Assembly (NCBI RefSeq): GCF_009914755.1
Contig: NC_060940.1
Length of the DNA: 64,000 bases
Reading direction: 5' to 3' (one strand)
DNA from: the human T2T-CHM13v2.0 reference genome, Homo sapiens
Shown: piece by piece, positions 1-26,709 of the stretch
Layout of the letters: the number at the start of each line of letters is the position of its first letter
Position numbering within the stretch: position 1 is the stretch's first letter
The notes under the pieces: model-generated
Told to the model about the DNA's origin: nothing
Databases searched by the model: none
The model's input: only the letters and a program-made list of their open reading frames with translations
Position numbers and translations under genes: made by a program

Positions 1-8
1 GAGAGAGA

Positions 9-310
9 GGCCGGGCAGGGTGGCTCACGCCTGTAATCCAAGCACTTTGGGAGGCCGAGGCAGGTGGATCACCTGAGGTCAGGAGTTTGAGACCGGCCAA
101 CATGGTGAAACCTCGTCTCTACTAAAAATACAAAAAAAAATCAGCTGGGCATGGTGATGGGCGCCTGTTGTCCTAGCTACTCAGGAGGTTGAGGCAGGAG
201 AATCACTTGAACCCAGGAGGCGGAGGTTGCAGTGAGCCGAGATCATGCCGTTGCACTCCAGCCTGGGTGACAGAACAAGACTCCGTCTCAAAAAAAAAAA
301 AAAAAAAAAA
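9..310 (+). mobile_element. AluS
   Basis: Full dimer with poly(A). Confidence 0.95.
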
Positions 311-319
311 GAAGAGAAG

Positions 320-1140
<821 letters not shown>

Positions 1141-1209
1141 AAAAACGCAAAAGCTGAAAAAAAAACTGGGGCCTAGTTAGTGGCCCCAGAAAGAAAATAC
1201 CTATAGATT

Positions 1210-1522
<313 letters not shown>

Positions 1523-1766
1523 AGATTCCTTTAAATTCAAGTGTTTATTGCAATGTGTTCTTCCCTGTAGCATTTTTACTTTTGTAAAAAGAGCCTGAAA
1601 CTTTTGTATAAAAAGAAGGGTGGCTGTGTGTGCATGTGTGCATTTATTGTATATGCATAAAGAAACTCTGGAAAGATACACAAGAAACTAATAACATCAG
1701 AGACTGTGGGAGTGGGATAAGAATTAGGGAGAAGTAGGACCTGGTAAGGGAAAGAGAAAGAAAATT

Positions 1767-1792
1767 GTGTGTGTGTGTGTGTGTGTGTGTGT
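1767..1792. repeat. (GT)n microsatellite
   Basis: Direct reading. Confidence 0.95.
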
Positions 1793-2369
1793 AATGTATA
1801 TAATTTTTGAACCATGTGAACAGATTACCTATAAAAACATTAAATTACCAAAAAATCAAAAGGTTGAAAAGAAAGGGAAATGCTTAATCCCTAGGTGTGA
1901 CTCTCCACTGGAGGAATCTGTAGGGGGTGGGATTCTTGTGGCAGCTACATCACATGAGCGTCTGCTTCCTGGGCCTTGGCCCCACCCACCTGGTTTAGTA
2001 AACTGGAAGCAAGACTGCGTTCCCGAGCAGATGGCCCAGGGTGGCTCCTGGTCCGGTTCAACAGAGAGTAGCTCTAAGCACACGCCCTTTCTTCCCCAGA
2101 CATCTCCCCAGTGTGTATTCCAGTGGTAGACATTCCTTTTAGTCTTTCACCCCACAATTGGAATAAGACTTCACGTTGCAGGTTTTCACCGAAGGAGTAA
2201 TGATGGGCCTAAATTCATACTTTGTTGTAAATGTCTGATATCAGATTCTTAGACTCTTTCCCAGAGACCTGTTTTGTAAGAGAGCGATCAGACCTTATGA
2301 AGGTCTCAGGCTCCTGAAATCTAGGGCAATGGAGGCTTGGAAGACACAAGTTAATTACTTCCCAGTCTT

Positions 2370-2715
<346 letters not shown>

Positions 2716-2729
2716 CTAGGAAACACATG

Positions 2730-2910
2730 CTTTGGAATCAGCCTGAACTTGAATCTCAGGACCCAGTCTGTTCCTACCTGTGAGCCCTTGGCCAAGTATT
2801 TCTCCTCTCTCTGTCTCGTTTTCTCATCTGTGAAATGGGAATGCTAATAACACCTTTGCCGGATGAGTTGACATGAGAGTAAGAGGCGAGCTTGTGGGTG
2901 ACCGCAGGCA
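2730..2910 (+). mobile_element. MIR
   Basis: ccttggccaagt...ttttctcatctgtgaaatggg core. Confidence 0.7.
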
Positions 2911-2984
2911 GTGCCATGAATGACCCACTTTAGGTGCTGAGCACCCAGGAGCCCTTCTTAGTGCGATTTGCCTGGGCTGCCTTG

Positions 2985-3110
2985 AGACCACACATGTGAT
3001 GCGGGGGTGGGGGGGGAAAGGGTAACAGAGAGGAGCAGTGACATGGAACAATCCCAAGAATGAAAGCAGGGCGGCGGGGCTGACTCACCGGATGACTCAC
3101 TTCCTTGCCC
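2985..3110. promoter_or_regulatory. Candidate AP-1/ETS enhancer
   Basis: TGACTCA at 3081 and 3093, interleaved with CCGGAT and CACTTCCT; GC box and E-box nearby. Confidence 0.5.
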
Positions 3111-3673
3111 AGGGATGTTCTGAGCATCCACGGAGCTGCTTCTCATAGTTCTCATACCCTTGGTTCCTTCTCTGTGGGGAAGGCAGGAGGAAGATGCCCC
3201 TCCTCGCCCAGAGCAGGGATCAGAATGTGGGACCTTCTCCGTCATACCCAGAACCATGGAGACTAGCTGGCACCCCATTTTTTAATTCACAAAATAACAG
3301 TCCCCATAAGATGTAATCTTTTTAAGGAAGATAGTTTTTGCCCCAGGAGTACAGGAGAGATTCTAGACTCCTTTTGCCCTTTTCCAAATTATCACAGGGA
3401 GATCTGGACCCCGTAGAATATTTGAAAGTGCAGAAAAATGCAAAGAAGCAGAAAAAATCACCTATAATCCTATCGTTTAAACTTTATCACAGTGATGAGT
3501 TTGGTATTTTTCCATTCTATTTTTTTTCTCTGTATTTTTTCATTATATAGTCAAGTTTCTGCAGTCTATATCAGCACTATTCAAAGGAAATATGCAAACC
3601 ACAGGTGTGAACCATATATGTAATTTAAAATGCTTCAGAAGCCTCATTAAAGAAAAATAAAAACAGGTGAAAT

Positions 3674-3687
3674 TGTGTGTGTGTGTA

Positions 3688-3723
<36 letters not shown>
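3674..3723. repeat. (TG)n(TA)n microsatellite at Alu tail
   Basis: Direct reading. Confidence 0.9.
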
Positions 3724-3741
<18 letters not shown>

Positions 3742-4006
3742 TTTGAGATGGAGTCTCACCCAGGCTGTAGTGTAGTGGCACGATCTTGACTCACTGCAAC
3801 CTCTGGGTTCAAGCGATTCTTCTGCCTTAACTTCCTGAGTAGCTGGGATGACAGGTGCCTGCCACCATACCTGGCTGAATTTTTATATTTTTAGTAGAGA
3901 CGGGGTTTCGCCATGTTGGTCAGGCTTGTCTCAAACTCCTGACCTCAGGTGATCCGCCCGCCCTGGTCTCCCACAGTGCTGGGATTACACGCATGAGCCA
4001 CTGCAC
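3724..4006 (-). mobile_element. AluS
   Basis: Alu consensus. Confidence 0.9.
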
Positions 4007-4162
4007 AATATATTATATTCAACCAAATATTTCAACAATATCATTTTATCATATAATCAATATAAACATTTAGCAATTTTTATGATTATTAAATTAAAAA
4101 TGAGATATTTTACATGCTTGCACATCTGAATTCAGAGTTAGCCACATTCAAGTGTTCAGTAG

Positions 4163-4498
<336 letters not shown>

Positions 4499-5309
4499 CA
4501 AGTTCATGCAATTTCTAACTTGCTTTTGTTTTTGCTTAAATTACATCCTAAGTATTTCTCATATCATAAAATCTCTTTTGAAAAAGATAACTTTTATGAA
4601 TTTCAATAACATGTATTTATTATCTAATAGCAAAGGTAATATATTGGTTCGTGTTTTGGTTTGGTTTTTGTTTCTGGCCATTCAAGAACAATTTATGTTA
4701 GCTGTTTGATATAATTACTTCCCGACTATTTTCTCAGCAGACATTCACATTGAACAAAAATTGGATGCATACAATATGTACTGCTTTATAACCACCCTTT
4801 TCATTTATTGATATGTTATAAACATACAATGTCAGAGTTACACATGAGCCTGTATCCAGAGCCAAGCAGCCCAAACAACTGTTCTCTTCTCAGCAGTGGG
4901 AGGGGTAGCATTTGCATCCCCACTTCTCAAAAGTGGGAACTGAGGCTTAGAAAAGTAAAATGATTTTCATGATTATGAAGTTGAGATTCAACCCAGGTCT
5001 TTTGATTTTATCTCCAGAGCCTTTCATTTTTAACATATGGTCTCCTTCTGGAAGGAGGCATGGAAGGGATCCAAGATATGCCAAAGAAGCAATTTACAAA
5101 TTAACGTTTGGAGTAGCATTCTCAGTAAATTGGGACTGTCTCCACCCATAGTTTTGCCTAACAAGCTTCCCGATCACCCAGGTAAATCCTTTTCCCTCCT
5201 GCACTCACGTCTCTGCAAGGCTGCCATCTCCTTGTGGGACACTCCCTCCCCATTCCCACCATGAAACGTAACTCTGTAACTTCCAAGAAAGAATCCTGAT
5301 GGTCTAAGT

Positions 5310-5900
<591 letters not shown>

Positions 5901-6424
5901 AACAATGCCTTCTTATGCAGACTGCATTGCTCAGAAAGATAGGAACGTTTTCTCTCCATCATTGAGTCTCCAGTGTCTGCGTATAGTAAGCACTCAACAA
6001 ATGTGTACACAATTAAGGATGCTGGTGATTTTTTTTTTTTTAATCTTACATCAAGCTTTTCAAGACTGAGCTAATTGCACACATGTCCTATATCGTGATG
6101 CCCTTTAAAGAGCATTTCTATCTTTTCCTGGACTCCTTTTCTCCTGGAGTCCTGTGCCTTTCAGATTCTGATACTCAATCTATTATTTTCTTATACCAAA
6201 GAGAATGATATGGCAATCTTAGCAATTACATCCTTGAATGTCATATTACATTTGTATTGTGCACATATGCCATATGCTAGATTGATAAATATTTCTATAA
6301 GGCAAAAGAAAGATGATTTTTAACATGTGTATCGTATGCCATCTTTTGAACATACCATGATCAATCATTTTCTAATTATGGGCATTTAAATTGTTTCCAG
6401 TTTTCACTGTAAATAATACTACAA

Positions 6425-7070
<646 letters not shown>

Positions 7071-7109
7071 TGATGCGGAATTGTTTCTTAGCTGGTTATG
7101 GAATATGAA

Positions 7110-7255
7110 TGGGTAAGATACCTCTCCTCTTTGGGCTCAGTTTCCTCATCTGTGAAATGGGCATGATAATTGTACTGAACATTCCTCACAAAGTGATGTG
7201 AGGAACAAGTGAGAGCACAGAAAAGTGCTTAATGCAGGGTTTGGCACAGAGTGAA
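7110..7255 (+). mobile_element. MIR
   Basis: ctcagtttcctcatctgtgaaatggg core. Confidence 0.7.
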
Positions 7256-8009
7256 GGACAGTAAGACAGACTGTAGTTTCCTCCTTTCTAAGGTGCAAAA
7301 CTTAGTTTGTTTTTCTAGGGAATTATTCTGAACACCACTCTGCTATTGTATCCAAAGGTGATTTTTCTGTTGGGAAGGTCACACAGGGCTCAATATCCTG
7401 AATTGCCCAGCAGCCAGTGGTGAAAAACTCAGCATATTGTTGTCCTGATTTCCTCCCATTCAGAGGCCCCTGCAAGTGGTGACTGGCTAGATGATTCACA
7501 GATCCCTCCCAGAAATTTCATTTTGACCTTAAATGTGTGAAAATTCCATTCCTAGCAAGTGGAGCACATTGCTTTGAGAAAGAAAGCTGAATGTATTTTG
7601 TTTGGAATCCTCTGCTATTGGTTCACACCAAAGGACCCAAAATGCGCACCCATCATCTGCAGAATATGGGCTTGCTAGAACATGTTATGAGATCTCATAC
7701 TCCTGTGTTTCCTGATATTTACAGAACATACCTCCGTTCGCATCCTTCACTGCTGACAACCTGAAACATCCTCAATCACACTCGTTATTTTCTACAACGA
7801 TCATGGCCATGGCCAGCATCACCTTCCTCTTGGCATAGGATAGAGGGAAGGAGGAGGGCTGGTGTTGTCCATAGAGAGCCTTCATGCTAAGTAAAGGGTG
7901 GCACCTGTCCTTTAAGCAGACACAGCCCCTGCCAGAGCGTGTGACTTGGAGAACACAAACGGGCTCCCACTCATCCACTCCACAGCTCTAGCAGACCCTG
8001 CAAACAGCA

Positions 8010-8200
8010 TGGCCTTTGGAGTTAGGTGGAGTCAGAGTCTGCTTTAAATCTAGTCCCTGATATTTACTGTTTACTAGCTGTGGCTCTGGGCCAGGTACTT
8101 AACCTCTCTGAGCCTCGGTTTCCTCATTTGATTGTCATGCCCATTTCATATGATTGTTATCATATGATTATCTCTCATTGTTGAAATGAGATAGAATATT
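8010..8200 (+). mobile_element. MIR
   Basis: acttaacctctctgagcctcggtttcctcat core. Confidence 0.7.
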
Positions 8201-8394
8201 TTAAAACTCTGTGTATTTGAATTAACATAAATATACCCAAAGACACACTCTGCTATTAAAAGTGGTTGGAAATTAGGGGCAGCATCATAAGGCAGAAAGA
8301 AAGAACTTTAATTCTTTTTTTGGTGGTGGTTTCTTTAAACACTTCTGTTTTGTTTGAACCTGTTTTTATGCACATTTATTACGTCTTTTTTAAA

Positions 8395-8635
8395 TGATAT
8401 TTTTATTTTGAAATAATTTTAGATTTACAGAACAGATACAAAAATAGTACAGAGATTCTGTATATTCCTCACCCAGTTCCCACTAATGTGATCATCTTAT
8501 ATAACCATGGAACACTTGTCAAAACTAAGAAGCCCATATTAGTTTATTACTGCTAATTAAACACCAGACTTCATTAGGATTTCACTGGTTTATCTACTAA
8601 CATCCTTTTTTTGTTCAGGATCCCCACATTGCATA
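8395..8635 (-). mobile_element. L1MC-like 3' end fragment
   Basis: ttttattttgaaataattttagatttacaga...caaaactaagaa. Confidence 0.65.
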
Positions 8636-8705
8636 TATATCAATATATATGTAAAATATAAATTAATATGTATATTATATTGTCTTTTGTTGTTCTCAAA
8701 TATAG

Positions 8706-9293
<588 letters not shown>

Positions 9294-10129
9294 GTGGGTA
9301 GGGCAAGAGATCATTAAGCTCCCTCTCTCACAGTCCAGGCCCACTGATTTTCGGGGGAGACAAAATGAGGAAGTCACAGTAGGATGCAAAGTCATTTAAA
9401 ACAGAATTCTCAAAACATTAAAATAGATGCCCTAGCTCCAAGGAGTCCCTTTTGGCCTCATTAAGGAACAGTTAAAGATCTGATCACATCTTTGAACTGG
9501 GGACTCCTGAATCCCGTGACCACTGAGAATGAAGACATTTGCTCATCTCACATGTCTTTTCCATTTCTCTCTACTAGGATTTATTGTGTTGTAAAAGGCT
9601 TGGTGCGAGGCAGAGGGAGAGTTTATCCAAATCCTTTGAGAAATCAGAGAATGTGGTAAATCCTGATTCTCATTTTGCTCTATTGTTTATGACCTCCAGA
9701 TCTCTGGTGAGGAAGACAGGATCTACAGCTGGTCTCCATTTCTTACTAGCTGGTTTAGTCTTAAGTTCATGGCCGCTTGCCCAGGCTGTGCCAGCTGAGT
9801 GTGCTTTAGATAGCAGCATCTGAAATGGATAATTATGCATCAAAGCCAGCCTACCTTACCTCTCCTAAAGGAACCTGATGTCTCACTTCCTTTCTCCAAG
9901 ATCATGGCATACACCTGTTTATACAGAATTGTGTCCATTGCAGGCAAGTTCTGTCCATGTTTGGCTAAAAGAGGAGGCAATGTCGTCACATCCCCAGGGA
10001 AGCTTTTCTCATCTACCCCTTAAAGATTAGGTCAGGCCCCTTGTTAAAGCTTTCAAAGAATCCCACACATCCCTATCACAGCAGTCAGCACACTTGTCAT
10101 CATTTAAATAATTTGTTATAATTTGATTA

Positions 10130-10817
<688 letters not shown>

Positions 10818-10947
10818 CTATTCTGTCCTCTGGGCCTGGGATAGCATCAGATTACATTTTGTTTCCCAAGGGCTGAAACCATTTTACATATAGTAAGCAA
10901 ATGATTCCAAATGAATGAATACTTTGTAAATGAATGAACGAATGAGT

Positions 10948-10995
10948 CCATCCATCCATTCATTCATCCATCCATTCATCCATCCATTCATCCAT
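10948..10995. repeat. (CCAT/TCAT)n tetranucleotide repeat
   Basis: Direct reading. Confidence 0.9.
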
Positions 10996-11111
10996 GACCC
11001 AAATGGGCCCTCATGCCAAGAATACATCAATAGTAGTCGTCTGACACCAGCTTTGGTTTTACCACTACCCAGCTAAGTGATCTTATGAATTTGGCATGTA
11101 TTTGTCTAGAT

Positions 11112-11282
11112 CAGCATTGTCCAGTAGAACATCCTACAATTATGGAAATGTTATATATCTGTGTAGTCCAAAACAGAAGCCACTAGCCATAGTTACTAAT
11201 GGATTCTCAAAATATGGCTAGTGTGACTAATTCATTTAATTTAAATAGCCACATGTGGCTAGTAGCTACTGTATTAGCACAG
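11112..11282. mobile_element. MER3 (hAT-Charlie)
   Basis: TAGCCACATGTGGCTAGT motif; 8-bp TSD GTCTAGAT/GTCTAGAC. Confidence 0.8.
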
Positions 11283-11299
11283 GTCTAGACCTTTTAGAA

Positions 11300-11600
11300 G
11301 ATTTTTACATTCAAGATCATATTACATATATTATACCCATGTAAAATAGTTTTGTTGCATGAGTTTTTATACAAATATATGTTTCACAGGTTCTGTAACT
11401 TGGCTGTTTCACTCATTCTGCTTTCGACATCTGTCCTGTTAGATCTAGCTCATTTCTTTTATCTACTGCATAGTGCTTTGTGGTATGACTATTTTATGTT
11501 TTGGTAGCCATTCTCCTACTGATGGATATTTTGGCTGTTTCAGGTTTTTTTTGTTGTTGTTGTTACAAACAATGCTGCAATGAACATCTCTGTATTGTCT
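11300..11600 (-). mobile_element. Old L1M fragment
   Basis: gatggatattttggctgtttc...acaatgctgcaatgaacat. Confidence 0.55.
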
Positions 11601-11607
11601 CCTTAGA

Positions 11608-12277
11608 GGTCTTAGTCCATTTTCTGTTGCTATAACAGGATATCACAGTCTGGGTAATTTATAAAGAAAAAAACTATTTAGCTTACAGTTCTGGAGGCTG
11701 GGAAGTTTAAGAGCATGGCTCTAGCCTCTGGTGATGCCTTCTTGCTTCTTCATAACATGGTAGAGGGCATCACATGGCAAGAAGAGAAGAGTGTGTGTGT
11801 GTGCTCAGATCTTTCTTCCTCTTCTTTTTTTTTTTTTGAGACAGAGTCTCGCCCTGTCACCCAGGCTGGAGTGCAGTGGCGCAATCTTGGCTCACTGCAA
11901 GCTCTGCCCACTGAGTTCATGCCATTCTCCTGCCTCAGCCTCTTGAGTAGCTGGGAATACAGGCACCTGCCACTACGCCCAGCTAATTTTTTGTATGTTT
12001 AGTAGAGACGGGGTTTCACCATGTTAGCCAGGATGGTTTTGATCTCCTGACCTCATGATCCACCCGCCTTTGCCTCCCAAAGTCCTGGGGTTACAGGCGG
12101 TGTGAGCCACCGTGCCCGGCCTCTTCCTCTTCTTATAAAACCACCAGTCCCACTCTGGGGACCCCACCAAGATAATCTTATCTAATCTTAACTACCTCAC
12201 TAAAGCCCCAATCAACATGCAAATTTGGATTAAATTTTGAACACCTGAAATTTGGGGGACACAGTCAAACCATAGCA
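11608..12277 (-). mobile_element. MST-family MaLR LTR with internal Alu
   Basis: gtcttagtccatttt...aaaccatagca termini; TSD TTAGA/TTAGG. Confidence 0.8.
11826..12121 (-). mobile_element. AluY/Sc-like inside MST
   Basis: Alu consensus, TSD TCTTCCTCTTCTT. Confidence 0.9.
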
Positions 12278-13082
12278 TTAGGCTCCTCCTTGTTAGCTCT
12301 TAAGAGGGAAATTACATCACAGTATATGCATAAGTGTAATTTTATTAGTTCTGCCAGGAGAGTGCCATAATTTGTAAAACAAGGATTCAGTGATTTCTAA
12401 GGTTTCTTCCTCCAGCATAAAACCCAATTCTTCTGGAACAATAGAGGTGAGAGACTGACTTTAAACTTTTGGCAATCATCTAGTCTATGCTGTGCTCAGT
12501 CAGATGCAATGGAAACAGATAATATCCAGGGTCATATGTTCCCAGTTGTCCCCTCTCTGGGTCCCTGGGAAGAGAAAGCTCTATAAAACATCAGATCAAA
12601 TTTTCTTTTAATCCTCTAAGTAATAAAGTGGATAAAAGTTTCTGGCAGTGGAAAACTCCAATTATTTAATTACATTAAAATAAATCTGTCACTAAACTTG
12701 GAAACCCAAGCTTTGCTTGCCCAGATAGCAAAAAAGTAAAAAGGTTTCCATGCTGCACAGTTTTTCTAACTTCCCCCATGTGGTTGTGACTTAGAGTCAT
12801 TTTACCCATTCACACCTGCTGTTACCCAGTTGTTAATATCAATGCAATTAATAATAATTGTAAGAGAAACTATCTAATTCCAGCAAATACCTCATTTCTA
12901 CTAGTTTGAATGTGTCAGTTGTCTTGGGGCAGGAACCACAATTCAGTATTTTAGAATATACACATATGCAGGCAAATATATATTCTACTCTTTAGAAATT
13001 AAGTTTACAATAGACCTTGATATTTTGTCCATTACTCATGTTCACATGATTTAAATCTTAGGAGAGGGCTTTAATCCACTTA

Positions 13083-15180
<2,098 letters not shown>

Positions 15181-15355
15181 TATATAGCTGTTGTTTCAAT
15201 ATATAGTGATCATATAGAGTTGTTTAGATGTATAATATATTGATAGTATACCTGTTGTTTTGCATCTTAATGTCCCTCTTGAGGAATGGGAATCCTGAGC
15301 TGTATAGGAGAATAAAACTTCAGTCCTCTCATCTGTAAGATGATAATAATAGTAA

Positions 15356-16060
15356 TGTGATATTGTGAAATATGTGTTTGGTCTTCATCCAATTTGCTGA
15401 CATACAACTCCTAAAATCCTTCAAAGTGATGTGTGTTTTAGTCTGCTAATAAGTTGACTGGTGACTTGGCAGCCTCTAGGTAGCTTCAGGATGTGAGCTG
15501 GTCCCAGAAAGACCCAGGCATGATTAGAGGATTGGGACTTTCAGCCCCACCCTTCAACTTCTGGGGAGGGGTAAGGGGCTGAGGGTTAAGTTGATCGCCA
15601 ATGTCCAATGGCTTAATCAATCATGCTTATGTAATGAAGCCTCCATAAAAACCCAAAAAGACAGGGTTCAGAGACCTTCTGATTAGCTGGACACATGGAG
15701 GTTCCTGGAGGGTGGCACCCCAGAGAGGACATGGAAACTCTGCCCTTTTCCCCATACCTCACCCAATGCATCTCTTCATCTGTATCCTTTGCAATACCCT
15801 TTACAATAAACCAGTAAATGTAAACATTTGTTTCCCTGAGTTCTGTGAGCTACTCTAGAAAATTAATCAAACCTGAGGAGGGGGTTGTGAGAACCCCTAT
15901 TTATATCTGGTTGGTCAGAAGCATGGGAAAAACAACCTGGGACTTGTGTTTGGCATCAGAAAGTGGGGGGCAGACTTGTGGGACTGAGCCCTCGACCTGT
16001 GGGATCTGACACTATCTCTAGGTAGGCAGTGTTAGAATTGAATTGAATTAGAAGACACCT
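15356..16060 (+). mobile_element. MER21-family (MER21B-like) solo LTR, 3' end missing
   Basis: Starts TGTGATATTGTGAAATAT; body matches recalled MER21B; internal AATAAA. Confidence 0.8.
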
Positions 16061-16061
16061 G

Positions 16062-18565
<2,504 letters not shown>

Positions 18566-18566
18566 A

Positions 18567-19869
<1,303 letters not shown>

Positions 19870-19874
19870 TATTT

Positions 19875-24188
<4,314 letters not shown>

Positions 24189-24198
24189 ATACTTTAGG

Positions 24199-24325
24199 CC
24201 CATTTATGCCTAGTGTTCCATTATTGGAACGCTAAGCATATGGGAGTTATTTACCTACTGCTCAAGATCATCGCTAAGGTCTGATTGCAAAAATTCAAAA
24301 AATAGAAACCTCAGGCATAAATGGG
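24199..24325 (+). mobile_element. MER85 (non-autonomous piggyBac/PGBD3 MITE)
   Basis: 13-bp TIRs CCCATTTATGCCT/AGGCATAAATGGG, TTAA at the right end, internal palindrome GTTCCATTATTGGAAC. Confidence 0.92.
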
Positions 24326-24739
24326 TTAATTGTAAATTTTTCTCTAACGTGTTTTTCTTAAATGGATACCTCATGCTTGTCTATACTAGATGCTGCAATA
24401 GGATGGTATCTGGTTTAGTATGATGTTATATGTTTTAAGATGTTTAAGTTTCCATATGCAAATTTCTTCAGTGTTCTGCAGAAAGCTCAGATTTCCAGGT
24501 GTGGTGCCACAATAATAAATTTTAAAACCATTGCATTAGGTTATGCTGAGTAAGCCCTGGAGCCTGCAAGCCAAATACATTTTAGGTCCCAAAATAATGG
24601 TAAAGTACTACTGTGGGTTTGCTTCACTCTCTCCCATTTCACATGAAATGTGTATTGCTCCTCCTTATTGGTCATCAAAATAAATCTTAGGAGCGTATCT
24701 AAAGGGAATAATTAAGAAAGGCCACAAGCATAGGTTTAG

Positions 24740-25086
<347 letters not shown>

Positions 25087-26035
25087 TACAAAGGTTTCTG
25101 AAAAAGAAAATAAACTAAATGCCAAAAGTAGGAGATTAGCTAAATAAGGTATTTCCTGTAATGGAATAGTCTTCTGCCATCACACATTATTAAGAATATG
25201 GACTGATGTGGACTGATGTTCACAGTTAAATCAGGAAAGCAGGATAACAGTATACATAGCATAGCCAATTTTTATAACATGTAATGCAAAATATACATGA
25301 AAAATTCCTGAAAGATATATACTAAATGATCTTCTCTATGTGATAGTTTATGAGTTTTTGAATCATTATTACTTACTTATTTATATTTTCAGTGATTATT
25401 TTTTGTTTTTACAATTAACACCTATTGTTTGTGAAGTATAACCCCCCACACACCTTATTTTTTATTAGAAAAAACCACTCGGGCCTTTCTAAAGCATTGA
25501 TAAACATATTACCTGCTGTGTTCTGTCAACTTAGAGAGCAAAGGAAGAGGAAATAGCTGTGTACCGAATTTAATTTAGACATAAGGAGAATTTCCTGAAG
25601 GTAAGACCTTTAATCTGTTAAAATGGGAAGGGGACTAGGTGATACAATTAGGCAAAGGGAAGTGGTCAGGGCACACTTGTGGGGCCAGCTGAATGTATAA
25701 TGGTGGAGAGGATTTGAGGGCAGAAAATAAAAGGCTTTCTGAAGCTGGCTGCCTAGGATACAAATTGCCTTGGTAATGACTCTTAGAGGCAGTGAGTTCA
25801 CAAGCATGCATGGAAGGCAGAGTTCTGGGGAGAGAAAAGACATAGAAACTCAGATTTCAATTATTCATTCATTCGTTCATTGCTGAAACATTATCGATTG
25901 CTCACTACGAATCCAGCATTGTGCTAAGTGTTGGGTCCTGCTCTAGACAAGTTTACAATTTAGTTGGAGAGATGAAACACAAGGGTATGAAATCATTTGA
26001 GAAGGACTGGAAAATTAGAAGGAAAACCCAGGTAA

Positions 26036-26364
<329 letters not shown>

Positions 26365-26709
26365 TAGAAGGAAAATTCAGGTAACTTAGTTCAACAAAAG
26401 AAGATATCTGAATAGCTGCGATTAGTGAGAATAAGTTTCCTCAAGTTTGGAATTTAAAAGTTTAAGAACGTTTCAGGAAAAATATAATAAACGTGAAGCA
26501 ATTTTGACTGTAATCTGATATCTCACACAAATGTATTGTCTTTTAATATATGAGACATACCTCTACTTCTCCAATATTTGGATTTTAAAAATGTGCTTTC
26601 CATAAAATACTTAGCTCTTTTCCATTAGGAAATGATTAAGTAAAATAAAATGGAAAGAAGACTAGAATTACAGAGTTTCTGAGAGAGAGGTTACTTTTGG
26701 TATTATGTA

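Noticed and set aside
2020-2040. CTCF-like CCGAGCAGATGGCCC (similar weak matches near 32023 and 36638)
   Set aside because: Only partial matches; cannot be supported without PWM scoring or ChIP
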